64,000 bases of DNA, taken from a virus (lineage: Duplodnaviria > Caudoviricetes). The notes under the pieces were generated by a model. It did not search any database and was not told the origin of the DNA. It was given only the letters and a program-made list of their open reading frames with translations. A program made the translations under genes and the position numbers. This document shows, piece by piece, positions 27,383-36,511 of the stretch (positions are counted from its first letter, which is position 1; each line of letters starts with the position of its first letter). The stretch is taken from positions 195,308-259,307 of IMG/VR virus record IMGVR_UViG_3300021255_004000; one strand, 5' to 3'.

Positions 27383-28690
27383 TTAGTATCTGTCTACGAT
27401 CTTGAGGATTTCTTTCATTGCAGATTCCTCATCGCAGTGGTATGTGTTGAGAACTTCAACCCAAGGATACTTTGTCTTAAGGTTGAGGTCAACATAGTTT
27501 GTTGCATTTCCACGAGGATCAGCAACTCCCAAGTTCAACCAAGCGTTGATTGAGCGGGCAGTATCACCAGCTTCATAGTTGCAAGAAGACTCACGGATAT
27601 CTGAACAAGTTTTCAAATCCTCGATGAAAGTCTTCTGCTTTTCAGAAGGCGTATTGTTGAAGTACTGCTTGATGCAGTGTACTGCCTGGTCATAGCAGCT
27701 CTTTGTGTAAGAAGAGAAGATTGAAGTTGCATCCTTTACTTCTCTTTTTGTACCCAAGCTGAACATCTTTGATACAAGGGATGTATCATTTGTGAATGTG
27801 TTGATGAGATATTCATCCCAGTTAGGAAGTTCCATCGGATTTTTGAGGTACTTCTGAAGTCTTTTGTAATCGCCCATCTTGATGTAGGCAATCTTCTTTC
27901 TGAAAACATCAGCATTCAACCAAGAAGCCATTTTGCGGAACTTGCTGTCGATATCTTCCTTCTTCCAAATTGTAGTTGCACGGTCAAGAGAGCGAACATA
28001 ATTCTCGTTTCCTCTTGAGATACACATTATCATTCCTGCGTCAACACATTCCTGATAAGTTTTGTTACCTTCGTTTGTTTCAAACAACGGAAGGTTGATT
28101 GCAGCAGCGCGAGGAGCAGCAACATCATTCTTTTCAACCTTTACATTCTTGTAAGATTCATAAGAACTGATTGTCGGATTGTCAGCCCCAAGAAGTTTTG
28201 CAAGTTTTGCGGCATCAGGTCCAAGGATGTAAGTAACCTTAGGATCATCTCCGCGGTTGTTCTTTGCTGCTTCGAGTTCAAGGATTGTTGAAGGCACACC
28301 AGGAAGATAGCGCATATCTTCGTCAAGAGTGAACTTGTCGTAAGCCTTCTTTTCCATCGTCATAAAGAAGATGTTTTCAGGATGTTCAAAAGTAATGTTT
28401 GAAGCGAAGTTTTCAACAGGTCTTGTCCTCATAAACTGTGAGGAACGATACTTGCGAACAAGACGCTTATTGTTGTTACGCATTCCATAAACAATCATAA
28501 AGTCCTTGTCTGCAATTTTCTTGAGTTCATTGTCAAAAGCTGTCTGACGAGCTTTCAAATCAGAGCCGATACCTGCATTATCTTCATTAAGAACAGATGC
28601 ATATTTGTCGGCGATATACATAACAGTTTCGACCTCATTACCGTGAAGGTCCTTCCACTGTCTTTCGTAGTTTACCATAGTGTCCTCCAT
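27383..28690 (-). CDS. hypothetical protein, possibly the C-terminal half of rIIA
   Basis: Directly follows a truncated rIIA; has its own promoter and GGAGG RBS. Confidence 0.5.
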   Translation of the reverse strand: MEDTMVNYERQWKDLHGNEVETVMYIADKYASVLNEDNAGIGSDLKARQTAFDNELKKIADKDFMIVYGMRNNNKRLVRKYRSSQFMRTRPVENFASNITFEHPENIFFMTMEKKAYDKFTLDEDMRYLPGVPSTILELEAAKNNRGDDPKVTYILGPDAAKLAKLLGADNPTISSYESYKNVKVEKNDVAAPRAAAINLPLFETNEGNKTYQECVDAGMIMCISRGNENYVRSLDRATTIWKKEDIDSKFRKMASWLNADVFRKKIAYIKMGDYKRLQKYLKNPMELPNWDEYLINTFTNDTSLVSKMFSLGTKREVKDATSIFSSYTKSCYDQAVHCIKQYFNNTPSEKQKTFIEDLKTCSDIRESSCNYEAGDTARSINAWLNLGVADPRGNATNYVDLNLKTKYPWVEVLNTYHCDEESAMKEILKIVDRY

Positions 28691-28709
28691 TTGAACAATT
28701 TACAACAAT

Positions 28710-28750
28710 AATATAAAAGAAGTTGTCGAGAAGTTCAAAACTTCTCGACA
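28710..28750 (-). promoter_or_regulatory. class E promoter overlapped by a terminator-like hairpin
   Basis: TTGAAC-17bp-TATATT; hairpin TGTCGAGAAGT/ACTTCTCGACA at 28724-28750. Confidence 0.8.
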
Positions 28751-28763
28751 TTTTTTCAAACTT

Positions 28764-29807
28764 TTAAGCGGAAACCTTTTCGCGGTAAGTGTTGAGCGTA
28801 AGGTTGATAAGTTCTCTCTGAAGAAGATTTACAGTGTTTTCAGTGTAGTTCAACTTCTCACGAGAACTTTGGAAGTCAAGAGAACCAATTGGGAAGTGAA
28901 GTACCTTGAAACGGTTGCGGCGAACATAATCGCGGGTTTTGCTGTCATCAGGGAAAACCTGAGCCAAGTCGATGTCGTAAGGAACGCCACCCATTTCTGC
29001 AACCATATTGTTTGAAAACTGAGATGAAACATTTCGATTGAATGCCTTGAACTCGTAAGGAACTCCAGCATCCTCATAATCTTCCTTATCAGCATAGTAT
29101 GAAAGTTCAGGAATATCGAGAGTGTTCTTCAGGTATTCACGAACAACGATTGCATCATCAAGAGAGTTGAAACCTGCGGCAGAAAGCCATTTTTCAACTC
29201 CGCCAAGGATTTCAGGCATCTGCATTGCAAACAGGAAAACAGGAATGCTTTCACGAATGAAAGATGAGAAGTCTTTCTCGGCAACCGAGAAGGAAACTTT
29301 TGTGCCTGTATCGCTGTCACAAGGTTCTGTACCAAGGCGCTTTTTGCAAGGCAAGTCCTGTGAGTTTTTGTAGAAGACAACAGTTGATTTAATGCCGTTT
29401 TTGCAACTTTCAACTGTAAACATTCTTCCGTTTTCCTTGTAGGCGAAAGGAGTTTTTGCACCAAGTCCCAAACCACCGATCTGTGAATTGTCGTTGCGTT
29501 TGTTTGAAGCGCCGTAGGTACCGAAAACCTTGATGATCTCTTCCTCGGTCATACCGATGCCAAAGTCCTTGATGTAAAAGACAGGCTCAACTGAGTTTGC
29601 AAAGTGTACCTGAACAGGCTTCTGAACACCTGCAGCAGTATTTGCATCGATTGCGTTTGAAAGGATTTCGCGGATAATTGACTGAATAGGATTTGTGTAC
29701 ATTTTGTCAGAAAGAACACTGTACAACTGGGCGTTCATTTCCATACCCATTACTTCTTCGTCTTCGATGTTTGTATCAACATTGGAGAGCTGAGTATTCA
29801 TAATCAT
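28764..29807 (-). CDS. rIIA: rIIA-like protein, N-terminal GHKL ATPase part
   Basis: LSDKMYTNPIQSIIREILSNAIDA, DFGIGM, YGASNK, GGLGLGAKTPFAY, SREKLNY. Confidence 0.8.
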   Translation of the reverse strand: MIMNTQLSNVDTNIEDEEVMGMEMNAQLYSVLSDKMYTNPIQSIIREILSNAIDANTAAGVQKPVQVHFANSVEPVFYIKDFGIGMTEEEIIKVFGTYGASNKRNDNSQIGGLGLGAKTPFAYKENGRMFTVESCKNGIKSTVVFYKNSQDLPCKKRLGTEPCDSDTGTKVSFSVAEKDFSSFIRESIPVFLFAMQMPEILGGVEKWLSAAGFNSLDDAIVVREYLKNTLDIPELSYYADKEDYEDAGVPYEFKAFNRNVSSQFSNNMVAEMGGVPYDIDLAQVFPDDSKTRDYVRRNRFKVLHFPIGSLDFQSSREKLNYTENTVNLLQRELINLTLNTYREKVSA

Positions 29808-29846
29808 AGGATTGTCCTCCGTTTAATTGTTTTGTTTTACAAGAAT

Positions 29847-29875
29847 AATATAAAAGACAATTAACAGAAGTTCAA
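29847..29875 (-). promoter_or_regulatory. class E promoter
   Basis: TTGAAC-17bp-TATATT. Confidence 0.8.
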
Positions 29876-29892
29876 AAATTTGTGAAAAAATT

Positions 29893-30342
29893 TTAAGAAA
29901 CTGGAGTAATAATTGAATTATCAGTCAAGAACATATCGTAAGCCAAAAGGCCTGTAATTTTATCACGAACAGCAACACGGACCTTCCAGTACTTTTTAGG
30001 AGACATACATTTGACTTCAACTTCCATAAGTTCAATATCAGGCCATTCTTCCTGAGTTGCTGCACGAAGATCATTTTCGATTATAGGTTCACTTTCAGGA
30101 GTAAACTCATATTGGTGAATTGCTTCTGTAAAGAATCCACCATAACCTGCTTCGCGGATGTATGAAGTTGATCTCGACTGCAACCACATTTTGTAGGCAT
30201 TGAGAACTACAGAACCTTTCGTTATTTCTATATCTCCTACATCAGGATCAACTCCACGATAGTCGAGGTCAAGATAATCAATATTCTTTTGGAGAGATTT
30301 TTCAAGTTGTTTTATGTTTCGTGCAATAATTGAATTAGCCAT
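29893..30342 (-). CDS. baseplate wedge protein, gp25-like
   Basis: Size, YIREAGYGG (R..P.FG-like) motif, and position in the late tail operon. Confidence 0.55.
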   Translation of the reverse strand: MANSIIARNIKQLEKSLQKNIDYLDLDYRGVDPDVGDIEITKGSVVLNAYKMWLQSRSTSYIREAGYGGFFTEAIHQYEFTPESEPIIENDLRAATQEEWPDIELMEVEVKCMSPKKYWKVRVAVRDKITGLLAYDMFLTDNSIITPVS

Positions 30343-30352
30343 AAATTACCTC

Positions 30353-31024
30353 TTATATCAAATGCATAGGATTGTTTGTTGTACCATTTTTGCCAAGCAA
30401 GCCAGGAACATCATCAGTAATCCAATTGGAATCTGCAGAACCTTGATTAACAAAATGAATGTCATCACAATGATATGTTACTGAAACTGTTTTAACACTT
30501 CCACCTGCTTCATTGTCATATGATACTTCACCAACGCCTTCAGGAATCATTCCTTTAATTGAATAGTATTCAGTACACTGTGGTATTGCAACTGAGTCAA
30601 AAGGAGAACTTACATCCTTATTTCCTTCAACATAAGCAAAGTGCCACAAGTCGAGATTCATTCTTGCTCCGCCACCAACTCTGAAAAGTCCATAGTTCAA
30701 ATCAACTATACTGTCAATTAAACTCAAATGCATCTTCTGAACAGAGTTAAAAGCATCTTCATACCATTCGATTGTAACTGTGTCAGAGTATTCAATTCCT
30801 TCAATCATTGAATGACGAATCTTTTCATCAAATTGCATTTTGATTTGAGGAGTATTAAATGTTATTTTCTTTACTCTATAAGGAGGTAATGCCTTTCCGC
30901 CAATATCAGGTTTTGCAATAAAAAGGGAATCATTTCCCAAAGGCATATCATATAAGTAATCTAATGCCTTTTGCTGATATGCTAAAAACTCTTCTCCTAT
31001 GAGTCCTGCTTGAATATCTGCCAT
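30353..31024 (-). CDS. tail tube-like / baseplate-tube junction protein
   Basis: Tube-fold pattern (TVTIEWYED; GMIPEGVGEVSYD...VSVTY). Confidence 0.55.
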   Translation of the reverse strand: MADIQAGLIGEEFLAYQQKALDYLYDMPLGNDSLFIAKPDIGGKALPPYRVKKITFNTPQIKMQFDEKIRHSMIEGIEYSDTVTIEWYEDAFNSVQKMHLSLIDSIVDLNYGLFRVGGGARMNLDLWHFAYVEGNKDVSSPFDSVAIPQCTEYYSIKGMIPEGVGEVSYDNEAGGSVKTVSVTYHCDDIHFVNQGSADSNWITDDVPGLLGKNGTTNNPMHLI

Positions 31025-31030
31025 AAGTAA

Positions 31031-32281
31031 TTAGTAAATAATTCCTTGGTCTGTAACCTTAAGTACGCGGCGGAAAGTAAATGGGAAAGTTGCTTTCATA
31101 GGGTCAGCTGAACTGTTTTGAAATGTCAAAGCAGATGAACGACCTAAGAAACGACAATCGTGAAGTATGTATCTTTGAACACGACCTGTTTTTGACAAGA
31201 ATCTATCATCTTTAACTTTAGGTATCTCCTCTCCAAGATCACTTTTGTCGTTTGAGCCAAGCTTATCATTATATCTTGACATAATTTGATAAGCTGCATC
31301 ATATTCAACAATAATGTCGATAATGCTTTTCTTACCGCCTCTTTTATCAGCACTTGAATGATATGGCAAATTACCGAAGTTGAGCAAGAACTGTTTTCCT
31401 GTGATATGATTTGCTTCTGAAGCTTTTCCTTTTAATAAACCTGCATCGATTGCACTATAAGCTTCATATTCTTTTGCCCACCAATCTCCGTTCAAACGAT
31501 GGAAAGCATCGAGGATAAACATACTTTGGTCAAGTTCGATTGTAAATGATGCTTTATTTGGTGTATTTACATTTCCAACAATTTTCTTTACAAGTTGTCC
31601 TGCAACTTTAATGTCGGTTGTATTCAATGACTTATTTGGTATTTCAATTCCCTCAGTGCGCATACCAATAATGCTGAACAAGTCATTTGTATTTGTGCCT
31701 AAGTAATTGCGACCAGTGTCAGTTTCAGGACCAATGTAAGTGCCTAAAGCAGTACCTGTCTTATAAGCTTGTTCAGGATAATCACGATATGTTGCAGGAA
31801 CTTCAAGCAAATAGATGTTATACATATTTGCCATAAAGTCAGGTTCAGAAGATTGCAAAACTTCAATAGGACTTATATCATCTTTTAAGTCGTTATACTT
31901 TTTAACAGCTTTTGAAATAAGACGGTCAAAGCGTGTCTCTTCCTCTTTGAAATCTGTTGGTTGTGTTGTTTCAATCTTTTTTACTTTTGAGTAAGCGGAA
32001 GCATCTTTTTCAACTTTAATCTTTTTTACTTTATATTCAACTTCTTTCTTTTCAGTAAATGTATCATTTATTGACTTCTTTTCATAATCAGTTAAAGACT
32101 TGTCTGTATTTTCGGTTGAATAGTCAAAAGTATATGAAGCGCTCTCTATATGAACAACATTTGCATCTTTTGCTTTGTATGAGATATCTTTTACATCTGT
32201 TTTAATTTCCTGAACATCTTCATAAATTGTAAGTTCAGGCTGAGCTTCTGCAAGTGACATTACTTTTGAATAGTCTTCCAT
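31031..32281 (-). CDS. tail tube-fold protein with N-terminal extension
   Basis: PDFMANMYNIY and RYILHDCRFLG...FPFTFRR, shared with 32344 and 51207. Confidence 0.55.
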   Translation of the reverse strand: MEDYSKVMSLAEAQPELTIYEDVQEIKTDVKDISYKAKDANVVHIESASYTFDYSTENTDKSLTDYEKKSINDTFTEKKEVEYKVKKIKVEKDASAYSKVKKIETTQPTDFKEEETRFDRLISKAVKKYNDLKDDISPIEVLQSSEPDFMANMYNIYLLEVPATYRDYPEQAYKTGTALGTYIGPETDTGRNYLGTNTNDLFSIIGMRTEGIEIPNKSLNTTDIKVAGQLVKKIVGNVNTPNKASFTIELDQSMFILDAFHRLNGDWWAKEYEAYSAIDAGLLKGKASEANHITGKQFLLNFGNLPYHSSADKRGGKKSIIDIIVEYDAAYQIMSRYNDKLGSNDKSDLGEEIPKVKDDRFLSKTGRVQRYILHDCRFLGRSSALTFQNSSADPMKATFPFTFRRVLKVTDQGIIY

Positions 32282-32294
32282 AGAAAATTAGTCT

Positions 32295-32321
32295 AAAAAA
32301 GGCGAGCTCGAGCTCGCCTTT
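32295..32321 (-). terminator. intrinsic terminator (AAGGCGAG family)
   Basis: AAAGGCGAGC-TCGA-GCTCGCCTTT. Confidence 0.75.
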
Positions 32322-32343
32322 ATATTTTTACTTTTTAATTGAA

Positions 32344-32952
32344 TTACTGATTTACTTTGAAGCCAGGGTACTCGACATCACCGAAGTGGAAGTCAACAGC
32401 GAATGTTACAAGGTCAGCACCATCAGTTTTGAACTTAGGCATATCAACTTTTGTAACGAAGCAGCCTTTGAACTTCCATTCCATTCCGTTGTCTTTCTTG
32501 ATGCCTGTCTTAGCGCTGTTATCATAAGATTCAACGCCTTTAACAGAATAAGCCTGTCCGTCAGAATCACCAGCAGCAACAACAGCTGAATTGATAGTTC
32601 TTACAGTAACAGTACCTACTTTGTCAATGTTTGCGTTTGCAACACCGCCAGTGTTTGGGTCAACGTGCCAAGCAAGCAATGAAGTAAATGCCTGATAAAG
32701 TCCATATTTTGCATCCATACGGAATGTCATTGAGAATTTTCTTTCAAAGTTTTGCTCTGTCTTTACGCGGTCATATCCAACTCCGTGATACTTGTTTGTA
32801 TATGTTGGTGCCTCAACAGCAGGAATCTCAAATCCTTCAGCGCGGACTGTAGCATTCCAATCTGCAAACTCGAGTTCAACATCATACATATTTGCTTGAG
32901 CATCAGCGCCAGCTTCAATAAGAGCAGTAAGAGCGTTGTTTTCGTCTGCCAT
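32344..32952 (-). CDS. major tail tube protein (gp19-like)
   Basis: 202 aa; WKFKGCFVTKV...FAVDFHF tube motif; strong RBS, late motif and its own terminator. Confidence 0.7.
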   Translation of the reverse strand: MADENNALTALIEAGADAQANMYDVELEFADWNATVRAEGFEIPAVEAPTYTNKYHGVGYDRVKTEQNFERKFSMTFRMDAKYGLYQAFTSLLAWHVDPNTGGVANANIDKVGTVTVRTINSAVVAAGDSDGQAYSVKGVESYDNSAKTGIKKDNGMEWKFKGCFVTKVDMPKFKTDGADLVTFAVDFHFGDVEYPGFKVNQ

Positions 32953-32973
32953 TTTATATCTCCTAATAAATAT

Positions 32974-33513
32974 TTAGTAACCTAACTTGAGTCTTCTTTC
33001 AGCCATTGCTGCAATAATTGCTAATGTTTTTGGACTCAAATCTTCGTTATACAAATTAGTTTTATACTTTGACTTAATCAACATAGATCCGCCAAAATCA
33101 CCAGTACTTTCAAGAACCTGCAAAGCTAAAATAATTGGGTGGTCAGGCGCATCATCATCAAGCATAACACGAATGATTAAGTCATCAGGACGCAAATAAG
33201 CATTATGCGGTACAACAATTTCATAAAACTTTTTTGCTTCCTCACCTGCTGCATCTGGTAAAGATGTGATTTCCCATCCTCCGTCAAGAGTTGGTCCCAA
33301 ACGACGATAAGGAACATCAGTAAGTGGCGGGAATATTACAGGAATAACATCAGCCATTTCTATTGTTCTTGTTTCAATATCGCCTTCATCATCTTTCTTT
33401 AATCGTATTCTTATGCAGTCAGTTGGCACGCCTTCGTGTTCAATCTGTAAGTCGATAATCTTTCTTTTAATTCGGTCTTGCTTCATTGCAAGACGAGCTT
33501 GCCAGTTTCTCAT
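32974..33513 (-). CDS. virion structural protein (head closure/neck-like)
   Basis: Late motif; upstream of the tube gene. Confidence 0.4.
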   Translation of the reverse strand: MRNWQARLAMKQDRIKRKIIDLQIEHEGVPTDCIRIRLKKDDEGDIETRTIEMADVIPVIFPPLTDVPYRRLGPTLDGGWEITSLPDAAGEEAKKFYEIVVPHNAYLRPDDLIIRVMLDDDAPDHPIILALQVLESTGDFGGSMLIKSKYKTNLYNEDLSPKTLAIIAAMAERRLKLGY

Positions 33514-33579
33514 ATAGAATTAGTCGTACTAAATCAATATGGAAGCTAGGTTTGTCACCTAGCAATTTATGGGGTTTAT

Positions 33580-36030
33580 ATGGCAGACAAAAAACATCGC
33601 AATCCTATAAGAATTGCAACTACTACTCAAGCGCGTGAAGCAGATGCAATTAGCGCGCTCTTATCTCGTGAGTTGCTTTATAATCGTAACAACAAGACAT
33701 TAGGTATTGTTCTTGAAGATGAAGAAGGCAACAAATATCGTCAAATTGTTTCAGGCTTAGTTGATGAAGTAAACATCACTAAGAACGAAAACTTTGAAAC
33801 AAAATTAAAAGAAGACATTGTCATTGATACTGTTACAACACAAGCAGATCATAATGGTGTTGATTGGAAATCACAGTATAAAATAGCTGAAACAACATCT
33901 GAACGAACTGTAATTTTATTGTGTACACAGGACATCGACTCAGAAACCGACATTGGTGTTATTGGTGGAGAAATCCTTGAAGTCGGAAAGAATGTCTTTG
34001 GTCACTATCAAATATCATTAACATCAACAGGTTCACGACTCCTTAAAGGAGCAACAACATTTGAAAAGAAAGCCCGCCTCGTATTGGCAAAATATAACGG
34101 AAACTATTACTACGGTATTAAGTTTAAGTCAGCTGCACCTGCGAACATCTATTTCTCAGGTTGGTCAAAAATCCCTGGCGGCATTTCAGCTCCGTCATAC
34201 ACGACCTATAATGATGGAGATTTGTCAGAAGTCATCGAGCTCGATGATGATTCTGACACAGGGACGGAAGTAGTTGATTTTGAACTTTTGACTTATGATG
34301 ATATCTCTTGGGAGTTTTTAACTGCGCCTTATGTAAGAACGGAGGCGTCATCAGCAACCCAATATTATCCAACACAGCAAAACCTTACAAGAAGAACCGA
34401 CTTCACAGGCGTGGGTACAGCACCTTTTGGTACAGGTTATGCACATAATGAAAGATATTATGGATTGCACTGGTATGATAAAATTGATTATACATACAAT
34501 GACAATTCTTGGAAAGTTACACACGCAATTTCATTTGGAAGTGATACACGAGGCTCATATCTTCAGTCAGGAAGCAGCGGCGTTGCTGGTTACATTTCTA
34601 TCCCAGGAAACTTCAAAGGCGAAGTAGGCTTTTATGTTTACAACAACACAAACTCTACAAGAAACTTTAGATTGTTTAACATAAAAGCAGACAGATTTGC
34701 TGGCACAGAAGCTGCTGATTATGTAGCAGTCCCAGCTTATACAGCACAATGGGTTATGTTCCGTGATCTTCCTGCAGGTGAATATTATTTTTATCAATCA
34801 GGCGGATTTAGATACTATTCTGTTTATGAAGGCTATACAACTGTAACTGAAACAGTTCGTGATTCAAATTGGAATCAGAACGGTGACAACAATGGCTATT
34901 CACTTACAAATGGTTTGAAGATATCATCATCAAAAGATACATCTTGGTATGAAGATGCATCAGCAGGTAATAACGGTTACATCGACTTTGCTGAAGCAGG
35001 GGGACAAACTGATCCTGCGATGACTTTAACTGTTTTAGGAAAAGCATTCATAAAAGTAGGCTTTACTTCTATTGATGGCAACAACACAAACATTCGTATA
35101 AGTGAGACGCTTGACACATCTGATGAAAAGTGGAGTTCATCTGTATCAGTTGACAATTCAGATACGACAACCATTAAAGAATGTGTTTATGACTATAATT
35201 CTGGTGTGGGTGAAGTTTACATTATGAATGAAGTTGGCCCAGTTAGAATCTTGTATGTTGAAATCGACTATGATGATAGCATTTCTGACGGCAGTGCTAT
35301 TTATAACATAATCAAAGATTTGCCTGACACTGGTGAAGATGGTTCACCTCATATCATTAGACTTTCAGATGAAATAACTAAAGAAGCAATTCTTAAAATT
35401 GCGAAAGCCCTTAAAGATCCTACAAAGCAAGTTATCGTTGACTTGAGCAAATGTACAATGGAAGCTCAATATGTTGATTGGACAGCAGACACAGATCTTC
35501 ACGGAGCATTCAGAGATTGCGTTTCATTAAGAGAGTTTTATTACCCAATGAATGTCACATCAACTGGTGGTAACACTTTTAAGAATTGTTCATTCTTAAG
35601 AAAAGTTGTTTTCAATAATGAAATGCAAAGAATAGGTGGATCAGATCAAGTTTGGTCTTGGGAAAACAATGCTATGTTTGCAGGTGCAAGAATCAAAACA
35701 TTGTTCATTCCTAAATCTGTAAATAAGTTTGGTGGTTACCCATTCTCATATTCAAATGTTGTGAATCTTTTTATTGAAGAAGGTTCTAGTTTGATTAACA
35801 ATGCATCATCTTTAGGACAGTGGAATACTTGGGTAGGAACAAAAGAAAATCTTCGTTTCAGAGTTCCTCAAAGCATTTATGATGTTGTCAAAAACACAAA
35901 CATAGCATTCCCTGGAGCCGACGGAGATGGTGTTGAAATGATTGGTTCTGATTGTAAAATCTCCGACCATATTGCTCTTTGGGACGGTGATTATGACAGC
36001 ATTGACTATACAGCAAAGTATGACTTGTAG
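33580..36030 (+). CDS. tail fibre / adhesin-like protein with C-terminal BspA/TpLRR (LRR_5) repeats
   Basis: AFRDCVSLREF.YP.NVTSTG..TFKNCSFLRKV...IKTLFIPKSVNKFG repeats; beta-rich middle region. Confidence 0.6.
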   Translation: MADKKHRNPIRIATTTQAREADAISALLSRELLYNRNNKTLGIVLEDEEGNKYRQIVSGLVDEVNITKNENFETKLKEDIVIDTVTTQADHNGVDWKSQYKIAETTSERTVILLCTQDIDSETDIGVIGGEILEVGKNVFGHYQISLTSTGSRLLKGATTFEKKARLVLAKYNGNYYYGIKFKSAAPANIYFSGWSKIPGGISAPSYTTYNDGDLSEVIELDDDSDTGTEVVDFELLTYDDISWEFLTAPYVRTEASSATQYYPTQQNLTRRTDFTGVGTAPFGTGYAHNERYYGLHWYDKIDYTYNDNSWKVTHAISFGSDTRGSYLQSGSSGVAGYISIPGNFKGEVGFYVYNNTNSTRNFRLFNIKADRFAGTEAADYVAVPAYTAQWVMFRDLPAGEYYFYQSGGFRYYSVYEGYTTVTETVRDSNWNQNGDNNGYSLTNGLKISSSKDTSWYEDASAGNNGYIDFAEAGGQTDPAMTLTVLGKAFIKVGFTSIDGNNTNIRISETLDTSDEKWSSSVSVDNSDTTTIKECVYDYNSGVGEVYIMNEVGPVRILYVEIDYDDSISDGSAIYNIIKDLPDTGEDGSPHIIRLSDEITKEAILKIAKALKDPTKQVIVDLSKCTMEAQYVDWTADTDLHGAFRDCVSLREFYYPMNVTSTGGNTFKNCSFLRKVVFNNEMQRIGGSDQVWSWENNAMFAGARIKTLFIPKSVNKFGGYPFSYSNVVNLFIEEGSSLINNASSLGQWNTWVGTKENLRFRVPQSIYDVVKNTNIAFPGADGDGVEMIGSDCKISDHIALWDGDYDSIDYTAKYDL

Positions 36031-36038
36031 GAGATAAG

Positions 36039-36341
36039 ATGACAGTAAAAGATTATGTAGATATTTGGAAAAAGCCTGCATACATATTCTGCAATGGCTT
36101 TACAAATAAATGTATGTTCTTCATTCCTATTTGTGAGTATGATGATGTAATTATAAATCCTGAGTTTAATGCATTTTCATATTCACAGGTTGTAAAAGAT
36201 GGTGAAGTAATTTGTGACATTAAAGACTTGGTGCATAAGTTCTTTCTGAATGGAAATGACAAGATATTTATTGTGCCTATCGAGTTTGATGACAATTCAC
36301 TTCCTGAAGAAAATATCATTTACCCAGATGAAAAATCATAA
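36039..36341 (+). CDS. hypothetical protein
   Basis: 100 aa; AGGAG RBS. Confidence 0.55.
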   Translation: MTVKDYVDIWKKPAYIFCNGFTNKCMFFIPICEYDDVIINPEFNAFSYSQVVKDGEVICDIKDLVHKFFLNGNDKIFIVPIEFDDNSLPEENIIYPDEKS

Positions 36342-36511
36342 ACTTTTTATTTTTGGGAATACTAACTAACTAATATAATTGATTTGGTTTTGCTTAATAA
36401 ATGCAGATAAGAGGACAATAAATACCTCAAAAGTAGAAAAGTAAATGTCTAACTATCAATTCAGCAACGAAATCATTTTATAAAATTTTAACATAAATAA
36501 GGTGATTTATT

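Noticed and set aside
33580-36341. Diversity-generating retroelement targeting the LRR/fibre gene
   Set aside because: No reverse transcriptase or TR/VR repeat pair is visible in the window
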